DNA of 64,000 bases from Malacoraja senta (taxonomy: Eukaryota): NCBI GenBank assembly GCA_038087875.1, contig CM075999.1:2544001-2608000 (forward strand), written 5' to 3'. Made by a program: the position numbers and the translations under genes. How positions within the stretch are numbered: position 1 is the stretch's first letter; each line of letters opens with the position of its first letter. The notes under the pieces are model-generated. The model was given only the letters and a program-made list of their open reading frames with translations, was not told where the DNA came from and searched no databases. This document shows, piece after piece, positions 35,241-49,128 of this stretch.

Positions 35241-37524
35241 CATAGAAACATAGAAAATAGGTGCAGGATTAGGCCATTCGGCCCTTTGAGCCAGCACTGC
35301 CATTCAATGCGATCATGGCAGATCATCCAAAATCAGTACCCCATTTCTGCTTTCTCCCCATATCCCTTGATTCCGTTAGACCTAAGATCTAAATCAAACT
35401 CTCTCTTAAACATTCAGTGAATTGGCCTCCACTGCCTTCTGTGGCAGAGAATTCCACGTTGCCAGCACATCCTTCCTCAGATATGGAGAGATAGATCAGT
35501 CATGATTGAATGGCAGAGTAGACTTGATGGGCCGAATGGCCTAATTCTGCTCCTATCAGAATTATAAACCTCTGAGTTGATTCCAACTTACAAGATAAAC
35601 CCAGAATCTGAATTTTCATTCTCAGATCTCCTTTGAATAATTCAGATTTTGGATGTTTTCAGAAGCCATTATTAGCGATGTCAGTTATGGAAAATTTAGA
35701 TATTAGCGTCTTAGCACAAAGCCGAGAAGCAATTGTCTGCGTTTCAATAATGCCACTAATTTAGATAATAGGGCTCGGATCATTGGAAATCCAAATTACT
35801 AATTAATTTAAAGGTAGGAATTCGATGATGGTATAGTGTGGAGTTATTAGGAAATACTGAAATCAAAGTAAACAGATTACCTCATGAGGTTTAAATTAAT
35901 ATCTATATAATTAAAATTAATTGTATTTTTAGCTTTCGCAAAGGATGGGGACATCACCATCAAATCCAGCATTCCTTGAACAACTTAAATCATCCCTGAT
36001 GTGCAGGAAGGAACTGCAGGTGCTGATTTACACCGAAGATAGACACAAATTGCAGGAGTAACTCAGCGGGACAGGCAGCATCTGTGAAGTGAAGGAATGG
36101 GTAACGTTTCGGCTTGACCCAAAACATCACCCATCCCTTCTCTCCAGAGATGCTGCCTGTCCCGCTGAGTTAATCCAGCTTTTTGTGTCTATCTTAATCA
36201 TCCCTACACTGAAAGGATTGCAGTTAAGAGTCATTCACGTTAGTGAGTTGAGAGACACATACAGACCAGACCAGGCAGAGTAAATTAAACTTAATGTTGA
36301 TTAATCCAGGTATAATAGTAGACCTGCGATGAAATGCTGTGTATATTCATTTCAGTATTTCTTAATATTGGTGGGGGGGGTGGGGGTGTCGCCGAGAAGT
36401 AAGTGGGACCCGGTGTGGGGGAGGCGCTGAGAACAAAGAGGGTCCGGGCGGGGCGGGGTACCGCTTGCGGTCACGTGCGGTGGTTCGCCGCTGTGAGAAG
36501 GCAACACTGTACCAAGAACTTTTGAGACTTTGTGTGGCACCAGAAATGTGACGGCTCTTTGCGTACTTGCCAGGTGACGTCTGCTGTATGGGTTTTACCG
36601 GATTGTACACAAAGGCAAAGAATGTTACTGTGCTTACGTATGTACACGTGACAAAGGACAAAGGACATTTATTGTCACGTACACCAATTGGTGCAGTGAA
36701 ATCTGAGTTACCACGCAGCACACAAATAAAGATAAACACAACACTATAGAATTTAACATAAAACATAAAAACAATGTAGAATCATTGAGTCATTCATCGT
36801 GTAAAATGAATCAAGGAACTGCAGATGCTGGTTTACAAATAAAGACAGAAAGAGCTGGAGTAACTCAGTGGGACAGGCAGCGTCTCTGAAGAACATGGAT
36901 AGTGACGTTTCAGGTCGGGACCTTCTTCAGATTGATCATTTCAACCCTGATTGACTTAATTAATTGATTTGATATTCCAGGGTTTGAAATCACATGTTAA
37001 TGCCTTTAGTCTATGTCTCGGATAGACACAAAACATTAGAGTAACTCAGCGGGACAGGCAGCATCTCTGGAGAGAAGGAATGGGTGACCTTTTGGGTCGA
37101 GACCTTTCTTCAGACTCATTAAGAAGGGTTTCGGCCCGAAACGTTGCCTATTTCCTTTGCTCCATAGATGCTGCCTGTCCCGCTGAGTTACTCCAGCATT
37201 TTGTGTCTTTTTTCAGTTTAAACCAGCATCTGCAGTTCCCTCCCACACCATCAAGCCATTCTGCTTTAAGTTTCACTCTATAACCAATCCAAAGCTTTTC
37301 AGCGTGAGATATTGGGAACTAAAGTAAATCCAGAATGAAAAGCTACTCTTTGAAATAATGTCCAAAAGCTATTGAATTGTCATAAAATCCCATCTGAAAG
37401 ACTAAGATCCTTCAGGTATAAATTTTACTAATGAATTTTAAAGGTCGAATTTCAATGACGGCAGAGTAAGGAATAATAACGAAATACTGAAATTAACGCT
37501 TGCAGCATATTGTTTTAGTTTTAT

Positions 37525-38492
37525 TAGTTTAGAGATACAGCGTGGCAACAGGCCCTTCGGCCCACCGAGTCCGTGCTGACCTGCGATCCCTGCACATTAA
37601 CACTATCCTACACTCACTAGGGACAATTTTTTTACATTTATACCAAGCCAATTAACCTACAAGCCTGTATGTCTTTGAAGTAAGCATGCAGGTACAGCAG
37701 GCAGTGAAGAAAGCGAATGTTGGCCTTTATAACAAGGGGAATCGAATATAGGAGCAAAGAGGTCCTTCTGCAGTTGTACAGAGCCCTAGTGAGACCACAC
37801 CTGAAGTATAGTCTGCAGTTTTGGTCCCCTAATTTGAGGAAGGACATTCCTGTTATTGAGAGAGTGCAGCGTAGGTTTACAAGGTTAATTCCCGGGATGG
37901 CGGGATTGTCATATGCTGAGAGAATGGAGCAGCTGGGCTTGTACACTCTGGAGTTTAGAAGGATGAGAGGGCATCTCATTGAAACATATAAGATTGTTAA
38001 GGGTTTGGACACGCGAGAGGCAGGAAACATGTTCCCGATGTTGGGGGAGTCCAGAACCAGGGGCCACAGTTTAAGAATAAGGAGCAAGCCATTTAGAACG
38101 GAGACGAGGAAACACTTTTTCACACAGAGAGTGGTGAGTCTGTGGAATTCTCTGCCTCAGAGGGCGGTGGAGGCCGGTTCTCTGGATACTTTCAAGAGAG
38201 AGCTAGATAGGGCTCTTAAAAATAGCGGAGTCAGGGGATATGGGGAGAAGGTAGGAACGGGGTACTGATTGGGGATGATCAGCCATGATCACATTGAATG
38301 GTGGTGCTGGCTCGATGGGCCGAATGGCCTACTCCTGCACCTATTGTCTATTGTCTAAGTGTGGGAGGAAACCGAAGATCCCGCAGAAAACCCACGGGGA
38401 GAAAGTACAAACTCCGTACAGGCGGCACCCGTAGTCAGGATCGAACCCGGGTCCCTGGCGCTGTGAGGCAGCAACTCTACCGCTGCGCCACC
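37525..38492 (-). mobile_element. Antisense V-SINE split by a sense CR1 3' end (ca. 37678-38356)
   Basis: CR1 ORF 37717-38268 LAFITRGIEYRSKEVLLQLYRALVRPHL..QFWSPNLRKDI..IERVQRRFTRLIPG; SINE resumes AGTGTGGGAGGAAACC. Confidence 0.92.
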
Positions 38493-39174
38493 ATGTTGTC
38501 AGCGTAGATCCAAGTTATACCTGGATGAATTAATATTAACGTTATTTACTTTACCCACTCTGGTCTATATTTGCCTCTGGACTCACTCACGTGATCAACT
38601 CTTAGCCCACAATCCTTCAGGATGAGGTTGAGATTAAAGATAAATGAATGCTGGGCTTGCGAGCTACAAGTTTTAATTTTGGGCGTTGCGGACTCTGCCT
38701 TACAGCGCCAGGACCCGGGTTCGATCCTAATGGCGGGTGCTGTCCGTACGGAGTTTGCACGTTCTCCCTGTGACCGCGTGGGTTTCCTCCGGGTGCTCCG
38801 GTTTCCACATCCCAAAGATGTACGTGTTTGTAGGTTAATTGGCATCTGTGGACTGCCCCTTGTGTGTAGGATAGAACTAGTATACGGGTGATCGCTGGTC
38901 GGTGCGGACTCAGTGGGCTGAAGGGCCTGTTTCCATGCTGTAGCTCTAAACTAAACTAAAGAAGGGTTTCGGCCCGAAACGTTGCCTATTTCCTTCGCTC
39001 CATAGATGCTGCCGCACCCGCTGAGTTTCTCCAGCATTTTTGTCTACCTTCGATTTTCCAGCATCTGCAGTTCCTTCTTAAACTAAATCAGACAATGTAT
39101 CTATTTAATTGCGATTCAAAGATTTTCTAACCACCTTCTCTTATTCCTTCTCTCATTTCGGGCTCAACTTGGAG

Positions 39175-39475
39175 TGGCTCGGTGGAGCAGCGGTAGAGTT
39201 GCTGCCTCACAGCGCCAGAGACCCGGGTTCGATCCTGGCTACGGGTGCTGTCTGTACGGAGTTTGTACGTTGTCCCCGTGACCTGCGTGGGTTTTCCCCG
39301 GTGCTCCGGTTTCCTCCCACTTCCCAAAGAAGGGCAGGTTTGTTGGTTAATTGGCTTTTGTAAATTGCCCCTAGTGTGTAAGCTAGAACTAGTGTACGGG
39401 TGATCACGGATCAGTGCGGACACGGTGGAACAAACAAACAGTGTGTTTCCTCGCTGTATCCCTAAACTAAACTAA
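39175..39475 (+). mobile_element. V-SINE
   Basis: A/B boxes, V-domain, (TAAAC)n. Confidence 0.88.
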
Positions 39476-39489
39476 TGTGTCCATCGATG

Positions 39490-39810
39490 TGTAAGAAGGA
39501 ACTGCAGATGCTGGTTTACACCAAAGGTAGAAACAAAATGCTGGAGTAACTCAGCGGGTCAGGCAGCGTCTCTGGAGAGCAGGAACGGGTGACGATTCGG
39601 GTCGAGACCCTTCTTCAGACTGAGAGTCGGGGGAGAGGGAGACACAGAGACATGGAAGGGTAAGGTGTGAAAACGAGAGATCAAAGGGGACGAAGGTCAA
39701 GGTAAATGTGGAACAGATTGCTAGCTCGGGGAAGGTGACAACGGCACATATAAAGATAAAATGTAATCAGGAGGACAGGCAGACTGGTCGGAGAACTGGG
39801 ATGGAGGATA
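39490..39810 (-). mobile_element. Penelope-like 3' UTR/tail with hammerhead motif
   Basis: GACGATTCGGGTCGAGACCCTTCTTCAGACTGA; UTR matches 30030-30310. Confidence 0.85.
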
Positions 39811-40714
39811 GATTTATTCTCCTTTGTGGTGGGAGTGTGGGTGATATGGTATCTACTCGACAATTATTCAAGGCAGCGTTGTCTGCTATCTGCGAGAATA
39901 TGTCATTAAATAGTGCCCCAGGGTAGGAATTCTTGAATCGAGGAAGCTCTTGCCGTGTCAATCTCCCTTTTCAGCAACCCTCAGGCAGACCTTCCACCTA
40001 CGTAGGAGATATCTTCTCTGCGCATTAATTTTATGGAAATGGTCAAAATAATTTGCATTTATATAGTGTGTTAGGTTCCCACAGGATGGCCATCAATTTT
40101 TTACAGCCAATAGATTAGCGCGGCACGATGGCGCAGCGGTAGAGTTGCTGCCTCACAGCGCCAGAGACCCGGGTTCGATCCCGACTACGGGTGCTGTCTG
40201 TACGGAGTTTGTACGTTCTCCCCTAGGGTTTCAGTTTCCTCCCACACTCCCAAGACATACAGGTTTGTAGGTGAATTGGCTTTGATTAGATTATAAATTG
40301 TCCCTAGTGTGTACGATCACCGACCAGCCCCTATCGTCCCATCCACCTGTGCTGGAGTAACTCAGAGGGTCCCAGGCAACATCTCTGTGGAACATGGCTG
40401 GGTGATCTTTCGGGTCGAGACCCTTCTTCAGAAGTTCTTCTTCAGATCGTGGCTTACTCCAGAGATGCTACCTTGACGGTGACAACCAACTGAAACGTCA
40501 CCCATCCTTTTTCTCCAGAGATGCTGCCTGAGCGGCTGAGTTACTCCAGCGCTTTGTGTGCCTTTGGTATAAACCAGCACCTGCAGTTCCTTGGTTCTAC
40601 AATGTGTCCCCTCCAAACTCTCCTCTCCCCTCTCAGTCCTGATGCAGGGTCTCGACCCAAACCCTTTTCCCTCCACAGACGCCGTCAGACCTGCTGAGTT
40701 TTAGTTGTAGCTTT

Positions 40715-41010
40715 TAGAGATACAGCGCGGAAACAGGCCCTTCGGCCCACCGAGTCCATGCCGACCAGCGATCAACGCACGCCGGCACTATTCTACACCC
40801 ACACTAGGGACAAATGACACTTATTCCAAGTCAATTAACCGACAAACCTGCACGTCTTTGGAGTGTGGGAGGAAACCGAAGCTCTCGGAGAAAACCCACG
40901 CAGGTCACGGGGAGAACGTGCAAACTCCGTACAGCCAGCACCCGTAGTCGGGATCGAACCCGGGTCTCTGGCGCTGTGAGGCAGCAACTCTACCGCTGCG
41001 TCACCGCGCC
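40715..41010 (-). mobile_element. V-SINE
   Basis: Reverse-complement full copy. Confidence 0.88.
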
Positions 41011-42232
41011 ACTCTTCGAGCGTTCTGTTCGTTCCTTCAGGTTCCAGCATCTGCAGCCCCTGTCGGCTTCAGGGAGATTTTATCTGCTTGTGGTGCTATT
41101 TCTCTCTTCGCTAAACAAATGTACAAATGGCTCGTGAAAAAAAAGAATCCCATTTTTAAATTTGTCGTGCATTATAGCGGGCAGGTCGTACAGTGCCACA
41201 CATTCCTGGTGCACATAATATGTACACCAATTAGTATTGAACATGTTAAATATATGCAGAAGGAAAAAATACTTTTGTCCGTTGAACAAAGCCATGGTTT
41301 CTGAATGTACTGTATAAACCCATTTAATAACAGGATTACCGGTCATAGACAATTCAGCTGAATTTTAGAGAAACACTATGAAAGAATCAAAATATTTTAT
41401 TGACAATATTTTACGTTGCGGATTGCAGCTTTTTAGATTTTCAATTATGGTTTATTTTAAGAGGTGCGCATGTGAATCAATTGTGTTTGAGTGTCGCACT
41501 AATTATATGATTTAATAAGGAGCTGTTGGCAATAAACGTCGGAGAATCGTTTTAGAACTAATCTTTTTTTATCGGTGACAGATATTTAAAAAAAAAAATT
41601 ATTGCAGCTGAGTGAGCATTTGGGAGGGGTTGGCGGTTAATGACTTCCATTTAATGATGTGGACGCAGGAGGTATGGTACATTCTCTGCCTCAGAGGGCG
41701 GTGGAGGCCGATTCTCTGGATGCTTTCAAGAGAGAGCTAGATAGGGCTCTTAAAGATAGTGGAGTCAGGGGATATGGGGAGAAGGCAGGAACGGGGTACT
41801 GATTGGGGATGATCACCCATGATCACATTGAATGGCGGTGCTGGCTCGAAGGGCCGAATGGCCTACTCCTGCACCTATTGTCTATTGTCTATTGTCTATG
41901 ATTCCTGGAGGGATTTAGAGCGCGTTATGCCTGCGCTCCACTGAGAAGCCTTTGTTATTGTGCAATGCAGTTCATATTCTACAAGTATATGTGTGGGGTG
42001 CTTGTCGGCACTGGGCCTGTACTCGCTGGAGTTTAGAAGGATGAGGGGGACCTCATTGAAATATACAGAATAGTGAAAGACCTGGATAGAGCGGATGTGG
42101 AGAGGATGTTTCCACCAGTGGGAGAGTCTAGGACCAGAGGTCACAGCCTCAGAATTAAAGGATGTTCCTTATAGAAGGAGATGAGGAGGACTTTCTTCAG
42201 TCAGAAGGCAGTGAATCTTTGGAAATCATTGC

Positions 42233-42432
42233 NNNNNNNNNNNNNNNNNNNNNNNNNNNNNNNNNNNNNNNNNNNNNNNNNNNNNNNNNNNNNNNNNNNN
42301 NNNNNNNNNNNNNNNNNNNNNNNNNNNNNNNNNNNNNNNNNNNNNNNNNNNNNNNNNNNNNNNNNNNNNNNNNNNNNNNNNNNNNNNNNNNNNNNNNNNN
42401 NNNNNNNNNNNNNNNNNNNNNNNNNNNNNNNN
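42233..42432. other. Assembly gap (200 N)
   Basis: Run of exactly 200 N. Confidence 0.99.
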
Positions 42433-42472
42433 TCTCCCCCCTCTCTCCCCTCCCCATCTCCCTCCTCCCCTC

Positions 42473-42559
42473 ATGTATGTATGTATGTATGTGTATATAT
42501 ATGTATATATGCATGTATGTATGTGTATATATATATATATATGTATATATGCATGTATG

Positions 42560-42599
<40 letters not shown>

Positions 42600-42697
42600 C
42601 ATGTGAAAAAAAGTTCAGTACATACACATACATGTATATACAGTATATATGTATATGTATGTGTGTATATATACGTATATATAAGTTCATATACACA
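42473..42697. repeat. (TA/TATG)n microsatellite
   Basis: Directly visible. Confidence 0.95.
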
Positions 42698-43259
42698 TGC
42701 TGAACCTTTTTTCTCGTGTACTATATTGTTTACCGCTGTGCCACCGTACCGCCGCCCATCATTGGACCAAGGCGGACTGAGCGTAGGTGTTCAGCGGAAC
42801 GATTGCCAAACTTTTTAACATTCATTTGTGAGATGGCGGGGGTTACTGTAAGACTCGTATTTATTCCCCACGGCTGTTTTTTTGCCAAGGATAAATTTCC
42901 ATGATACCTCCACGCAGCTGAAGCCACTTTGGAACCGATGTATTAAGTGTCGACCCGGTGGGTTTTTACAGCGATCCACATGTGCACAACAAGAACACAA
43001 CAGAACGGTAAAATAATGAGATCATCTGTTTCACAAATGCCAACTGTGGTCCAAATATGGCCCCCCCCCCGGTGCCATTACCATGTGGAATTTTTAAATA
43101 TTTTGTTAGTTTAGTTAATTATTGTCACGTGTTTCAGGATACAGTGATAAGCTTTTGTCTGTGTACTATCCAGGCAAGAAAAAGATCTCTGCATCAATAC
43201 AATCAGGCCATCTACAGTGCTATGATAAGTGATCAACGATACACAATTTTAGTGCATAG

Positions 43260-43301
<42 letters not shown>

Positions 43302-44179
43302 TATTTTATTGTCATTGCACAGAGGTACAACGAGATTTGGTATGCAGCTTCCATCTGATGTAATAACCTAATTAGCTAAAAATTTAGACACCAAGAGAAA
43401 CAAGATTTTTTTTTTTAATTTAAAAATGGTATAATATGATATTGAAGCCCAATGAAGTCCATTTAAAATAGTTTGAAGATCTATAGTTGAGAGGATGGTT
43501 CAGTTTAGTTTAGTGTAGTTTAGTTTAAAGATACAGGGCAGGTCAGGCAGCATCTCTGGAGAAAAAGAATAGCTAACTTTTCAGATCGAGACCCTTCTTC
43601 AGATTCTATTCCTTTTCCTTTTCTCCAGAGGTGCTGTCTGACCCGCTGAGTTACTCCAGCGTTTTTGTCTTTAATCAAACTTTATTGGACCTCAATGTTA
43701 TATGGTCCTGATTCCCCTACTCTTGGTAAAAGACTTTATGAATTCACCCTGTCTATTTCCTTCATGACTTTGTACACCCTTCAGCTTTAATTCTGACTTG
43801 AGACTTTAGAGATACAATGTGGAAACAGGCCTTTCGACCCAACCAATGATCACCCCGTACACTAGCACTATCCTACACACTAGGAACAACTTACAGTTTT
43901 ACCAAAGCCAATTAACCTACAAACCTGCACGTCTTTGGAGTGTGGGAGGGAACCGGAGCGCCCGGAGAAAACCCATGCGGTCACGGGGAGAACGTACAAA
44001 TTCCGTACAGACAGCAGGTTTCTGGTGCTGTGAGGCAGCAGCTCTACCCGCTGCGCCACCAACGTGCCGCCCCATGTCTGTGCCGAACATGATGCCAAGA
44101 CCAACTCTTATCTGTCCATATCCCCTCCATTCTCTACATATCCATGTGCCTATCCAAAACTCTCTTAAATACCACCAGC

Positions 44180-44560
44180 AGCTCAAGGACCAGTCTCACC
44201 CCGGCCACTCCCTCTTCTCCCCTCTCCCTTCGGGCAAAAGGTATAGAAGTGTGAAAACGCTCACCTCCAGATTCAGGGACAGTTTCTTATCAGGCTGTTA
44301 CCCAGCTGTTATCGGGCAACTGAACCATCCTACCACAACTAGACAGCGGTCCTAAGCTACTATCTACCTCATTGGTGACCCTGGGACTATCTTTGACTGG
44401 ACTTCACTGGCTTTACCTTGCACTAAACGTTCTTCCCTTGTCATATAACTGTACGCTGTGCATGGCTCGATTGTAATCATGCATTGTCTTTCTGCTGACT
44501 GGTTAACAAAAGCTTTTCACTGTACCTCGGTACGCGTGACGATAAACGACACTGAACCAG
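44180..44560 (+). mobile_element. Rex1/Babar-clade LINE 3' end (second subfamily)
   Basis: KDQSHPGHSLFSPLPSGKRYRSVKTLTSRFRDSF; tail CACTGTACCTCGGTACGCGTGACGATAAAC. Confidence 0.82.
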
Positions 44561-44671
44561 ACTGGCATGAGACAGTCACACGTGTGACCCAGTGTGTGAA
44601 TAGTAAAGACTTCTATTACTGGCCAACATGGATGGATTCCATCCCGACTCAGCTGCCTACCTCAGCAATCA

Positions 44672-45070
44672 GAATGAGGCCAAACACCAATTGGAGGAAC
44701 AGCACCTCATATTTCGCTCGGGCAGCTTACACCCCAGCGGTATGGATATTGACATCTCTAACTTCAAGTAACCCTTGCTTTCCCTCTCTCTCCATCCCTT
44801 CCCCACCCAAGTCGTCATACAAGCTTCAAAGTCGTCTTATTGAGTCTCGTTATCTGCAACTTGTTTTCACCCAGGCCACATCAAGAATGGCCTGTTTCCT
44901 CGTGACTTTTTTGCTTATCTTTCAATCATTTGTTCTATATCTCTCTGTATCGTTTTCATCTCCCCCGACTCTCAGTCTGAAGAAGGATCTCGACCCGAAA
45001 CATCATCCATTCCTTATCTCCAGAGATGCTGTCTGCCCCGCTGAGTTACTCCAGCATTTTGTGTCTATCT
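44672..45070 (+). mobile_element. Penelope-like 3' end with hammerhead-like motif (44977-45004)
   Basis: LEEQHLIFRSGSLHPSGMDIDISNFK*; CTGAAGAAGGATCTCGACCCGAAACATC. Confidence 0.85.
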
Positions 45071-45467
45071 AAACTAAACTAAACTAAACAAAACTACTGA
45101 GCTGTCCACCTGAGGGATCAAAGAGCAGTTCTGCTACCTGTCATTTCTGCTCTGTCAGTCTCTGAAGCTTGTGAGGAGGTGTTGCAGTCTTATTTTAACT
45201 TGGGACATTGCACGCATTCTGTTTTACTTAGCGATTACAACATAGAGGTTTCCAAAGGGCTTTTACACATTTTGGTTCCTTAGTTAATTAAACGATGAGC
45301 ATTCTAGCGCAACAATCAAGCCAGCTGTTACCTGTCTCAGTGGAACTGTTGTATAACAGGAGCGCAAAATATTGCAAATCAGTTTTGTGGTTTATGCAAG
45401 AACTGAACGTGGATCTATCTCACACAAGTTGCCAGCACGGTGGCGCAGCGGTAGAGTGGCTGCCTTA

Positions 45468-45695
45468 AGGGCCTGTCCCACTTTCACGACCTAATTCACG
45501 ACGTCTGCCGAGATTGCCCTTGACACATACTCGCAGCATGGTCGTCACGAGGTCGTAGGTAGGTTGAAGCAGGCCGTGATGCTAGTCGTAGGTACTCGTG
45601 GCATCAAGTAGGTCGGGGCGTTTTTTCTAGCCTGATGGAAAATGTCCACGAGTAAAAAAGGTCGTGAATTAGGCCGTGAAAGTGGGACAGGCCCT
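45468..45695. mobile_element. PIF/Harbinger-type MITE inserted in a V-SINE head (45434-45967), TTA TSD
   Basis: AGGGCCTGTCCCACTTTCACGACCTAATTCACGAC / GTCGTGAATTAGGCCGTGAAAGTGGGACAGGCCCT; TTA at 45465-45467 and 45696-45698. Confidence 0.92.
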
Positions 45696-47074
45696 TTACA
45701 GCTCCTGCAGCTCCGGAGACCCGGGTTCGACCCCGAAGATGGGTGCTGTCTGTATGGAGTTTGTACGTTCTCCCCGTGACCGCGTGGGTTTTCTCCGAGA
45801 TCTTAGCTTTCCTCCCACACTCCAAAGACGTACAGGTTTGTAGGTTAATTGGCTCGGTATAAATGTGTAAATTGTCCCTAGTGTGTGTAGGATAGTGTTA
45901 GTGTGCGGGGATCGCTGGTTGGCGCGGACCCGCTGGGCCGAAGGGCCTGTTCTCTCAACTAAACTAATTCCTGACAATGAACATGTGACAGTAAGTGAAG
46001 CCCTTGAGCCTAGGTGACTGTGTCCCTGACAGCTTCTGACTTCATTGTGTTCATTTCTTATCTATGTTGACCACCGTTCCATTGCTATTTCACTGGCCTT
46101 ATTTGCCCAGATCCCCTAAGGCAAAAAGATTAATTCCTTAAACTCTGATTTCCAGGCCAGCCTCCATCTCTCTCTCCCATTGTCCCTCCACCCTAGGCTA
46201 TGATTTTTAATGTTCTGATCTATCACGTCCCTTTCACGAAGTCAGCTCCATTATCTATATCGCTGATTCCATTCGGAACCACGTTTCCATTTCCCCAGGC
46301 GTTCATCTTCACCGGCGCTCGTCCACGTTTAAAGGTGTGTGCAAGATACTATCAATGCTGAAAGCCTTACCTGGACACAGAGACCACACGGTGGCGCAGC
46401 GGTAGAGTTGCTGCCTCACAGCGCCAGAGGCCCAGGTTCGATCCTGGCTACGGGTGCTGTCTGTACTGAGTTTGTACGTTCTCCCCGTGACCTGCGTGGG
46501 TGTTCTCCGTGTGCTCCGGTTTCCTCCCAAACTTCAAAGACGTGCAGGTTTGTAGATCAATTGGCTTGGTATCAATGTAAAATTGTCCCTAGTGTGTGTA
46601 GATTAGTGTAAGGGGGGAGCAAGCTGGAAGAGAGGTATGTACAGGAAGGAACCGCAGATGCTGGTTTACAATGAAGAAAGACACAAAATGCTGGAGTAAC
46701 TCAGCGGGACAGGCAGCATCTCTGGAGAGAAGGAATGGGTGATGTTTCATACTGGAGAAGGGTCTCGACCCGAAATGTCACCCATTCCTTCTATCCCGAG
46801 ATGCTGCCTGTCCCGCTGGGTTACTGCAGCTCTTTGTGTCTATATTTCTGGAAGAGAGCTAGTCGGGTCACGGCACAGCATACTTTCAAATCCTCCAGCT
46901 TTGAAACTCGAGGACCTGCATTAAGAAGCTACTTGCCCGGGTCAACCAGTGCATTTGCATTTTCTTCAGATAATTACTCATCGTCGATGAGTCTCCACAG
47001 AACATGCTGTGCAGAGAGCAGCTTGTCTGGGGCTGGAGAATGTCAATCCGAAGCCTTTCATTATGTCTCCCGTT

Positions 47075-47815
47075 CACAAGTTCTAGGAGTAGAATTCGGC
47101 CATTCGGCCCATCGAGTCTACTCCACCATTCAATCATGGCTGATCTCTGCCTCCTAATGCCATTTTCCTGCCTTCTCCCCATAACCCTTGACACCCGTTC
47201 TAATCAAGAATTTGTCTCTCTCTGCCTTAAAAATATCCACCGACTTGGCCTCCACAGCCCTCTGTGGCAATGAGTTCCACAGATTAACTTTCCTCCGACT
47301 AAAGAAATTCCTCCTCACCTCCTTTCTAAAAGAGCGCCCTTTAATTCTGAGGCTGTGACCTCTGGTCCTAGACTCTCCCACCAGTGGAAACATCCTCTCC
47401 ACATCCACTCTATCTATGCCTTTCATTATTCGGTAAGTTTCAATGAGGTCCCCCCTCAACCTTCTAAACTCCAGCGAGTACAGGCCCAGTGCTGTCAAAC
47501 GCTCATCATATGCTAACCCACTCATTCCTGGAATCATTCTTGTAAACCTCCTCTGGACCCTCACCAGAGCCAGCACATCCTTCCTCAGATATGGGGCCCA
47601 AACCTGCTCACAGAACTCCAAATGCAGCCTGACCAGTACCTTCTAGAGCCTCAGCATTACATCTCTGTTTTTGTATTCCAGTCCTCTTGATATAAATGCT
47701 AGTTTTTAATTTTCCATCCTTACTACCGATTCGACTTGCAGATTAACTTTTGGGGAATCCTGCACCAGCGCTCCCATGTCCCTTTGCACCTCAGTTTTCT
47801 GGATTCTCTTCCCAT
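47075..47815 (-). mobile_element. CR1 LINE 3' end
   Basis: EFCEQVWAPYLRKDVLALVRVQRRFTRMIPGMSGLAYDERLTALGLYSLEFRRLRGDLIETYRIMKG. Confidence 0.93.
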
Positions 47816-48109
47816 TTATAAAATAACCGAGGCCTTTATTAATATTTCCACGTCCACTCTATCTACGCCAGTTCACGCGCATGATCCTCCTCGAGTGCAG
47901 CCATGCATGCTGCAGACTGCATGACCAAATGCGCAGCTGCGTTGTAACCTCAACTTAGTGGACCGTTTACACAAAATTGCCTCTCATAAAATATTGTTCA
48001 TTCAATCAGGCTAAAGCCTTTGCAACGGAGCCTTCAGCTCAGATGGACAAATCCGATCAAGGCCTGAGCTCAGGAATGTAACAGTTTTAGCGGCTACAAT
48101 GCCCGCATT

Positions 48110-48460
48110 CTGCCCAACTTGCCCACACTGGCCAACATGTCCCATTTACACCAGTCCCACTTGCATGCGTTCAGTCCATATCCCTCCAAACCTGTCCTAT
48201 CCATGTACCTGTCTAAATGTTTCTTAAACGTTGGGATAGTCCCAGCCTCAACTACCTCCTCCGGCAGCTTGTTCCATACACCCACCATCCTTTGTGTGAA
48301 AAAGTTACCCCTCAGATTCCTATTAAACCTTTTCCCTTTCACCTTAAACCTATGCCCTCTGGTCCTCGATTCCCCTACTCAGGGCAAGAGACTCTGTGCA
48401 TCTACCCGATCTATTCCTCTCATGATTTTATACACCTCTATAAGATCACCCCTCATCCTA
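48110..48460 (-). mobile_element. CR1 (HER1-like) 3' end
   Basis: RMRGDLIEVYKIMRGIDRVDAQSLLP..KGKRFNRNLRGNFFTQRMVGVWNKLPEEVVEAGTIPTFKKHLDRYM. Confidence 0.9.
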
Positions 48461-48617
48461 CATATAATACAAACTCCATACAGACAGCACCAGTAGTCAG
48501 GATAGAACCTGGGTCTCTGGCGCTGTAAGGCAGCAACTCTACCGCTGCGCCACCGTGCTGCCCTGGTGTTAAGCATATACAATGGAGCCTTCATCCCTAT
48601 CCCGATGGATAGAGTCA

Positions 48618-49128
48618 TCACCCCGGGGACCACATCACCACGGGGACCACATCACCCCGATCCTGGCCTCTCTCCACTGGCTCCCTGCGCGGTTCCGTAT
48701 ACGTTTCAAGATCCTCCTCTATGTCTACAAAGCCCTCAATGGGCTTGCCCCCACCTACATAAAAAGTCTTCTCACCCACCACTCCACCTCCAGGTCCCTC
48801 AGATCGGCCGACTTGGGGTTGCTGAATATCCCACGGTCTAGGCATAAGCTCAGGGGCGACCGCGCCTTTGCGGTTGCAGCCCCTAGACTGCGGAACAGCA
48901 TCCCCCTTCCCATCAGAACTGCCCCCTCCATCGATTCCTTTAAGTCAAGACTAAAAACGTATCTATACTCCCAAGCCTTTCCTGATGTCCTCTGAGTGAG
49001 GGCTACATGTATATATGTATGTAGTTTGTTTGTTTATGCTATTCTTATAACAAATGTAAAGCACTTTGGCCAACGAGAGTTGTTTTTTAAATGTGCGATA
49101 TAAATAAATGTGACTTGACTTGACTTGA
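48618..49128 (+). mobile_element. L2-clade LINE 3' end
   Basis: DHITPILASLHWLPARFRIRFKILLYVYKALNGLAPTYI...SLRS...GDRAFAVAAPRLRNSIP..FKSRLKTYLYSQAF; tail AATAAATG(TGACT)n. Confidence 0.92.

Noticed and set aside
37717..38268. Intact protein-coding gene (also 58460-59104, 47154-47621, 8068-8589, 48582-48995)
   Set aside because: Only C-terminal remnants of CR1, Rex1 and L2 ORF2; no RT core or endonuclease, so no autonomous element.
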